DNA of 64,000 bases, from positions 7,456,001-7,520,000 of the forward strand of contig OY762007.1 in NCBI GenBank assembly GCA_963665115.1. Reading direction: 5' to 3'. The notes beneath the pieces were generated by a model, which saw only the letters and a list, made by a program, of their open reading frames with translations, made no database searches and was not told the origin of the DNA. A program made the position numbers and the translations under genes. Shown here piece after piece: positions 58,251 to 64,000 of the stretch (positions are counted from its first letter, which is position 1; each line of letters begins with the position of its first letter). This DNA is from an uncultured Rivularia sp. GTDB taxonomy: Bacteria > Cyanobacteriota > Cyanobacteriia > Cyanobacteriales > Nostocaceae.

Positions 58251-58287
58251 AATGTTAACTGTAAAAATTCATCAAACGCAGCACTAC

Positions 58288-59370
58288 TTAGATAGTAGGA
58301 CTGAAAGACTGCATTATTGGCTCAGATTGACTATCTAATGGGTTCCAAACTTTGTCAGATACAGCCATTTGTTCGATTAAGCTGGCTAATCTAAGAGCTT
58401 TGAGAGCTTGTTCGCCGCCAACAGAAGGTTGATTGCCACCCCGCACGCAATTGACAAAGTGTTCAAGCTCGGCCCTTAATGCTTCTACATTTGAAGTGTA
58501 GACTTTTTCGATCGAACCATCTTGCCTATAGGATTGTTGAAAATCTGTTGCCGAGTTAGATGTAGGATATCGGTGAATCCAAATTTCATTTTTGAGGAAA
58601 TCAGCCTCGGTAAATGAACTTTTGCAGTGAGCTACTATTCTGCGTATTTTACGGTGAGTGATTTTACTAGCAGTCAAGGTAGCAACAATACCATTAGCAA
58701 ACCCCAAAGTAGCAGTTACATAATCTAAATAGGTAGAGTTCGGAGTACGAGTTCCACTAGCTGATAGCTTAACCACTGGTGCGGCAGCTAATTCTAAAAG
58801 CAAATCAATGTCATGAATCATCAAATCTAGAACGACTGAGACATCATTCGCCCGATTGGAATAAGGACTCATTCTATGAGCTTCTAGCGCCAGTAATTCC
58901 TCGTTTTTAAGAACTTTAGTTAGTTCTCCAAAAGCTGGCTTGAAGCGCTCTATATGACCTACTTGTAAGATACAGCCAGATTCTGCTGCGGCATTGACTA
59001 AAGATTCTGCTTCAGAAATATTAGCAGCGATTGGCTTTTCAATCAGAACGTGGATTCCTGCTAGTAGACAATTTATACCGACGGCATAATGTAGACGAGT
59101 AGGAACGGCAATACAAACCGCATCTACATGAGGTAACAACTCGCAGTAATCCTCAAAAAACTTAATTTTGAAATTACTGGCGGTTTCTAACCCTCGTTCA
59201 ACATTCACATCGGATACACCAACTAGTTCCACATCTTTCATCGAACTTAGTACACGGGTATGATGTTGTCCCATGTTGCCAACACCAATCACACCTACAC
59301 GAAGTGGGCGCGGTTGATGACGCTGTACGTATCCATTTTGTTCTCGCGCTGACATGCTGCTATCTTGCAC
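58288..59370 (-). CDS. Gfo/Idh/MocA family oxidoreductase
   Basis: GVIGVGNMG, IEKPIA, VGHIERF, DLMIHD. Confidence 0.92.
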   Translation of the reverse strand: MQDSSMSAREQNGYVQRHQPRPLRVGVIGVGNMGQHHTRVLSSMKDVELVGVSDVNVERGLETASNFKIKFFEDYCELLPHVDAVCIAVPTRLHYAVGINCLLAGIHVLIEKPIAANISEAESLVNAAAESGCILQVGHIERFKPAFGELTKVLKNEELLALEAHRMSPYSNRANDVSVVLDLMIHDIDLLLELAAAPVVKLSASGTRTPNSTYLDYVTATLGFANGIVATLTASKITHRKIRRIVAHCKSSFTEADFLKNEIWIHRYPTSNSATDFQQSYRQDGSIEKVYTSNVEALRAELEHFVNCVRGGNQPSVGGEQALKALRLASLIEQMAVSDKVWNPLDSQSEPIMQSFSPTI

Positions 59371-60126
59371 TCTAATTTTCTCTCCTCAACCACCAACTTA
59401 AAAACGCTACAATCGTTGACTTTTATACTTTATTGCCAAAAAAGTAGCCACCTAAAACCATCCAGATGGTAACATAGAGGCTCTATTTATGAAGAATTTC
59501 AAAGTTTGCTATGAGTTCCCGATATCTGTTTTTATTTTGTATAGTCCGTTTTTCTCGATGATTTTTTTAATTCTTCACAAAAAAAATATAATCTCTTCCC
59601 ATTAGCTTCAAATTTGCGATAATATTTTTAAGCTGTTGGCAATGTCATGAATAAGCAATAATAGGGAATATTACGATTATTTTATACAGATATTTTAGCT
59701 TAAGGATAATTATTTGGATGTCAGAACAATAACGTAGATAAGACGAAATAGTGAATATATGACCGATTATAGAACAAATTTAAACTTAAATTTAAATTTA
59801 AGTTTAAGTATTTAGTAAAAATATCTTATGGGTTTCAAATCATTAAAGTATAACAAATATTTATCAAAATAATTGATTGTAGAGAATCTCAAACATCTTT
59901 CACAGCAATGTTTTTAATACTCCTAAATATTAAACTAAGATTTAAAAAGTCCGCATATAAAAAGCCACTTTGCGAAATGTAAGACAGTTTTTGCAAATCT
60001 CTACAATTAATAATAATGAATTTAGAGCGAATATAAACAACTATTATAATTTCAGTTTTTTTGATCGGTAAAATATTTAAAATCAGATATTTTAAGGTAG
60101 AGTAGTGCGAAAAACTAGTAATAAAA

Positions 60127-60810
60127 ATGAAAGCTATTATTTTATTATCTGGAGGGCTTGATTCTTCCACGGTTTTATATCAAGCCCTAGCTGATGGATA
60201 TGAATGTTACGCTATAAGCTTTGATTATCAACAAAGACATAGAAAGGAACTGCAATCAGCACTTTCCATAGCGGAAAAAGCTGGTGTTGCCGAGCATCAG
60301 ACGATCAAATTTGATTTAACGCAATGGGGTGGTTCGGCACTTACAGATAATTCTATTGATTTACCTCAAGAGCGTTCCTTGAAGGAAATGTCTCGAAATA
60401 TTCCCGTAACTTATGTTCCTGCAAGAAATACTATATTTTTGAGCTTTGCTTCAGCATATGCCGAAACTATCGCCGCAGAAAAAGTTTACATTGGCGTAAA
60501 TGCTTTAGATTATTCTGGATACCCCGATTGTCGTCCCGATTATATTCAAGCGATGCAAGAGGTATTTCGCTTAGGAACCAAACAAGGGCGTGAAGGAAAT
60601 CCCATCAATATCATCACACCTCTAATCGATTTGAAAAAAACTGAAATTATTGAATTAGGTAATAAATTAGGAGTTCCCTGGGAGCTAACTTGGTCTTGCT
60701 ATAGCGGTGGTGAGGTAGCCTGCGGTGTCTGCGATTCTTGTCGCTTACGTCTGGCTGCCTTCGACGAATTAGGATTAAGCGACCCGTTGGAGTATGAGGT
60801 TAGAGGTTAA
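60127..60810 (+). CDS. queC: 7-cyano-7-deazaguanine synthase
   Basis: LSGGLDS, YVPARN, YPDCR, SCY..CGVCDSC. Confidence 0.96.
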   Translation: MKAIILLSGGLDSSTVLYQALADGYECYAISFDYQQRHRKELQSALSIAEKAGVAEHQTIKFDLTQWGGSALTDNSIDLPQERSLKEMSRNIPVTYVPARNTIFLSFASAYAETIAAEKVYIGVNALDYSGYPDCRPDYIQAMQEVFRLGTKQGREGNPINIITPLIDLKKTEIIELGNKLGVPWELTWSCYSGGEVACGVCDSCRLRLAAFDELGLSDPLEYEVRG

Positions 60811-60955
60811 AGGTTAAAGGTCAAAGGTTAAAGGTCAAAGGTTAAAGGTTAAAGGTCAAAGGTTAAAGGTCAAAGGTTAAAGGTCAAAGGTTAAAGGTCA
60901 AAGGTTAAAGGTCAAAGGTTAAAGGTCAAAGGTTAAAGGTCAAAGGTTAAAGGTC
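60796..60955. repeat. STRR tract with alternating AAGGTTA/AAGGTCA heptamers
   Basis: Direct reading; overlaps the queC stop codon. Confidence 0.95.
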
Positions 60956-61113
60956 TGAGGGGAGAGGGGGAGAAAGGGAGAGGGGGAGAGGGGGAGACAA
61001 GGGGAAATTAGTTCCTAACTCACTACTCACTACTGACCACTCATAACTCCTAACTCCTAACTCGCTACTTACTACTCCTAACTCCTAACTCGCTACTTAC
61101 TACTCCTAACTCC

Positions 61114-62455
61114 TCACAGCCTTCTTATTTGAATCTGCTGTAAGCGAGGCCCCTGTTACTGAGGCGACTGTAAATTCTAAGTTTTTATAGCGGAAACTTT
61201 CGCCAATAATAGGAATTTTTTGTAGCTGATACAGCATGAAGCCTCCGAGTGTTTGATATTCTTTTGTTAAAGGTAAATTGAGTTCTAACACTTCGTTGAG
61301 GTCTTCCAAGTTTATTTGTGCTTGTACTAGAAAAGTCTGCTCGTCTAACATCTTGATCAGTAGGTCATTGCTGTTTTGTGTTTCGCCTATGTCACCAATG
61401 ATTTGAGCAACTATATCCTGAATCGTTACTAATCCTACCGTACCGCCAAATTCATCTACGACTACGACCATAGCAAGCTTTTCTTGCTGCATCATAGGCA
61501 ATAGTTCGTTTAAAGGTGTATGTTCTGGTACAAACCTTGCAGGACGCATATAGGAATGAATTTGTGTATCTAAGGTCAGTTGCCCTAATGCTAAAGGCTG
61601 TGTCAAATCTTTAAAGTAGACAACACCGCGAATATCATCTAAAGATTCCCCAAATATTGGGTAGCAAGAATGACCAGCATCTGCCATTTCTTCGAGGAAA
61701 ATTTGTAAAGTTGTGTTTTTAGATAGGGCTACTATAGTGCTGCGAGGAACCATCACGGCTTGAACCGTCACTTCCCCAAACTCAAAAATATTTTTTAGTA
61801 GTTCTCGCTCTCTTGCTCTTAACCCTGTGGATTCTCTTTCTGTAGAAATAATTAACAATAATTCTTCTGGAGTAACTGGTGGCCTCCAGCTTTTACCAGT
61901 GTATTCAATACCGAATAGCCGTAATAGGAAACGAGTTGATTGATTAAGAATCCAAATAAAGGGGCTAAAAAATCTGACAATAGCTGTAACTGAAGGTCCC
62001 AAAAACCTTGCTAACTCTTCCGAGTAAAGCATGGCTACGGATTTCGGACATAATTCACCTAGAACTATTTGTAAATAAGCTATCAAGAAAAAACTGATTG
62101 GAATTGATAGGGAATGAGCGAGGAAAAGATTTATTCCCTCCGGTACGGGTAAAGAAATAAGCCATACATTAATCAGTTCAACAATCGTATTTTCTCCAAT
62201 CCATCCCAGTGCCAAACTTGAAAGAGTAATGCCCAACTGGGTTGTGGACAGCAGTCTATCAATGCTTCGTTGCAGTACCTCGACTGCGATCGCCTGAATA
62301 TCCCCAGCTTGAACCAACTGATGAATGCGCGATCGCCGTACTGTCACCATTGAAAATTCTGCGGTGACAAAAAAGGCATTGATGGCAATAAGAAGTACGA
62401 CTGATAACAATCTCAGCCCTACTTCCGTCCAATTTAAATTATGAAGACCATCCAC
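61114..62455 (-). CDS. Hemolysin/CNNM (DUF21-CBS-CorC) family protein; +1 frameshift at 61150-61153
   Basis: NAFFVTAEF, QLGITL, GELCPK, VVDEFGGTVGLVT, TLGG. Removing one base gives the expected end GPRLQQIQIRRL*. Confidence 0.9.
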
Positions 62456-62600
62456 CGCCTTTTCTCATGTAAAACACAAACCCCGTCGTCATGGCTAATT
62501 CCTTGATACTGAAATTTTAGATTAAGGGGATTCATCTTGATTTCAATTTGAATTCCAATATTTAACCGAAACAGAATCTCACATTCAATATTCCCCTTGT

Positions 62601-63302
62601 CTACTTTTCTACAGGAATATTTGATACTTCCAAGCGTAATTTCTGTGCCGGATAATCTGTAAGGGCTAAGGAAATCCGTTTGACATCATCAAGTAAAGCT
62701 GTGGGAATACTGACGGTACCGTAATGTGTTGAGCCATTGGAAGCTAATTCCGATGGTAAACCTTCTGTGGAAGCACTTAAAGTTCTTCCTTTATCATCGG
62801 TAACATCTAGGAAACTGTAAAGGAAGCGTACTGAATTATCACTTTTGTTATCCATTTTTACTTTCAGCAATAAAGCACCTCCCGAATACCGGGCTGACTG
62901 CACTGAAAGTGTTACACCTTCGCTTTCGGCTTTCACAGGAAATCCTGCTTGGAGTTTTTCTTCGGCTTCAGGTGGCTTCTGTTCTCGTTTGCGTTTAGTA
63001 TCTTTTTTCCCTTCTTCTAAGTCATCGACTTTTTTTGATTTAGCCGCTTTAGTTTTACCTTCAATGCGTGCTTTAACAAGTTTAAGCACTTCTGATTCTT
63101 TGACAAAGGTTACTCCTTCTTTGTCTTGACCACCACTTGTCCCTTTTCTAGCAAATTTGGTGGTGGGACGGGCATCTGGTGCCGTGACACCTTTAAGAGC
63201 CGCACTTCCTAAAGTAAACCCCCAAAAGGCACTTACGGAACCAGCCCCTAACATCAGGGTTAGCAGAATTAACGTTAGAAGTACAGTGGAATTTAGTTTC
63301 AT
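62601..63302 (-). CDS. Hypothetical protein with N-terminal anchor and C-terminal Ig-like domain
   Basis: 233-aa ORF; VRFLYSFL motif. Confidence 0.8.
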   Translation of the reverse strand: MKLNSTVLLTLILLTLMLGAGSVSAFWGFTLGSAALKGVTAPDARPTTKFARKGTSGGQDKEGVTFVKESEVLKLVKARIEGKTKAAKSKKVDDLEEGKKDTKRKREQKPPEAEEKLQAGFPVKAESEGVTLSVQSARYSGGALLLKVKMDNKSDNSVRFLYSFLDVTDDKGRTLSASTEGLPSELASNGSTHYGTVSIPTALLDDVKRISLALTDYPAQKLRLEVSNIPVEK

Positions 63303-63473
63303 CGCTGAATAAATATAGCTGGAGGGGCGTAAAGATAAAGGAAAGGATATTCGTGTCGAACTTAATAAATATTAGTTTGCACTATTTTGTTATCAAATGA
63401 TGTAACATAAAATCTGGTAATTAATTAGCTAGATTACACAAAAAGGTAAACTTGCGATATAATTACTAATCAG

Positions 63474-63546
63474 CCAGGGTTGGCCGAGCGGTTGAGGCAA
63501 CGAACTCATAATTCGTGTTAGGCAGGTTCAACTCCTGCACCCTGGA
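63474..63546 (+). tRNA. tRNA with CAT anticodon, probably tRNA-Ile2 (lysidine-modified) rather than Met
   Basis: Acceptor CCAGGGT/ACCCTGG, anticodon arm ACGAA-CTCATAA-TTCGT, T arm GCAGG-TTCAACT-CCTGC, no encoded CCA. The AACTCATAATT arm resembles plastid trnI-CAU. Confidence 0.92.
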
Positions 63547-63768
63547 TTTCAAAATATATATGATTTTACACAATTAATCATTAGTTCTTTGTCATTCACC
63601 AAGAACTAATAACTAATTGTGTATTCCTATATCGATAAGGAAAAATAAATATTTCAGATGGATTTGGCAGAAAATTTTCTTGTCCTAGATATTTAGCAAT
63701 CTGAGAAATCTATAATTTTCCTAGCAATCCAAAATTAAGAGCGGGATGGTAAGCTATCAAAGTGAAAT

Positions 63769-64000
63769 TCAGTATCTTTGTGGTAAGCTATCAAAGCGGA
63801 ATTCAGTTCCAACTTGTAACTGATTTGCTCTTAAACGGGGAGAAGCCAGCAAAGAGGTGTTATAAGGACTTGGTAAATCTGGTGTCCGAATATATGGGTC
63901 ACTGGTGGTCTGCTGTTCGAGCATATCTTGATAAAGAACATTTAACAACTCGGCATCTCGTTCAATTTCGTTTTCTGGAAAAGAATTTTTGAACAAAGAA
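63769..64000 (-). CDS. Hypothetical protein (3' end only)
   Basis: Open frame runs off the window edge; YQDMLEQQ..IRTPDLPSPYNTSL. Confidence 0.65.
   Translation of the reverse strand, partial: SLFKNSFPENEIERDAELLNVLYQDMLEQQTTSDPYIRTPDLPSPYNTSLLASPRLRANQLQVGTEFRFDSLPQRY

Noticed and set aside
59889..60126. preQ1 riboswitch before queC and the 93-aa antisense ORF
   Set aside because: No recognisable aptamer; the ORF is low-complexity AT-rich sequence overlapping the queC start.

Overview
AT-rich chromosomal window from a heterocyst-forming cyanobacterium (Nostocales; Rivularia/Calothrix-like by my impression). The assignment rests on frequent HIP1 GCGATCGC octamers, heptamer STRR tracts, chlM, hetF and glnB. 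Main content: amtB and amt1 separated by a ~15.7 kb signalling block (antiporter-USP fusion, REC-histidine kinase, two giant Ser/Thr kinase-AAA-GAF-His kinase hybrids); purE, nagA, chlM; the ergothioneine cluster egtC-egtB-egtD; a small accessory patch (MITE-containing pseudogene and hicAB); cls-like PLD; murT-gatD; hetF; thiD, glnB, rdgB, pgm; a chromosomal ParM/ParR-like pair; queC; a CNNM/CorC protein; and a CAT-anticodon tRNA. The most striking non-coding structure is a ~1.7 kb tandem array upstream of and divergent from hetF. It has 13 units plus remnants, with a mostly 139-bp period. Each unit is a promoter (TCCGGA-N18-GTACAT), a ~60-nt RNA and a terminator. It matches the known NsiR1 multi-copy sRNA locus and is not a CRISPR. 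The second highlight is the ParMR-like pair with no visible centromere, a likely repurposed cytoskeletal system. Nine +1 insertions in two sequence contexts (GTTC->GTTTC, CCC->CCCC) break eight genes and are most likely assembly errors. I found nothing I can confidently call previously undescribed.
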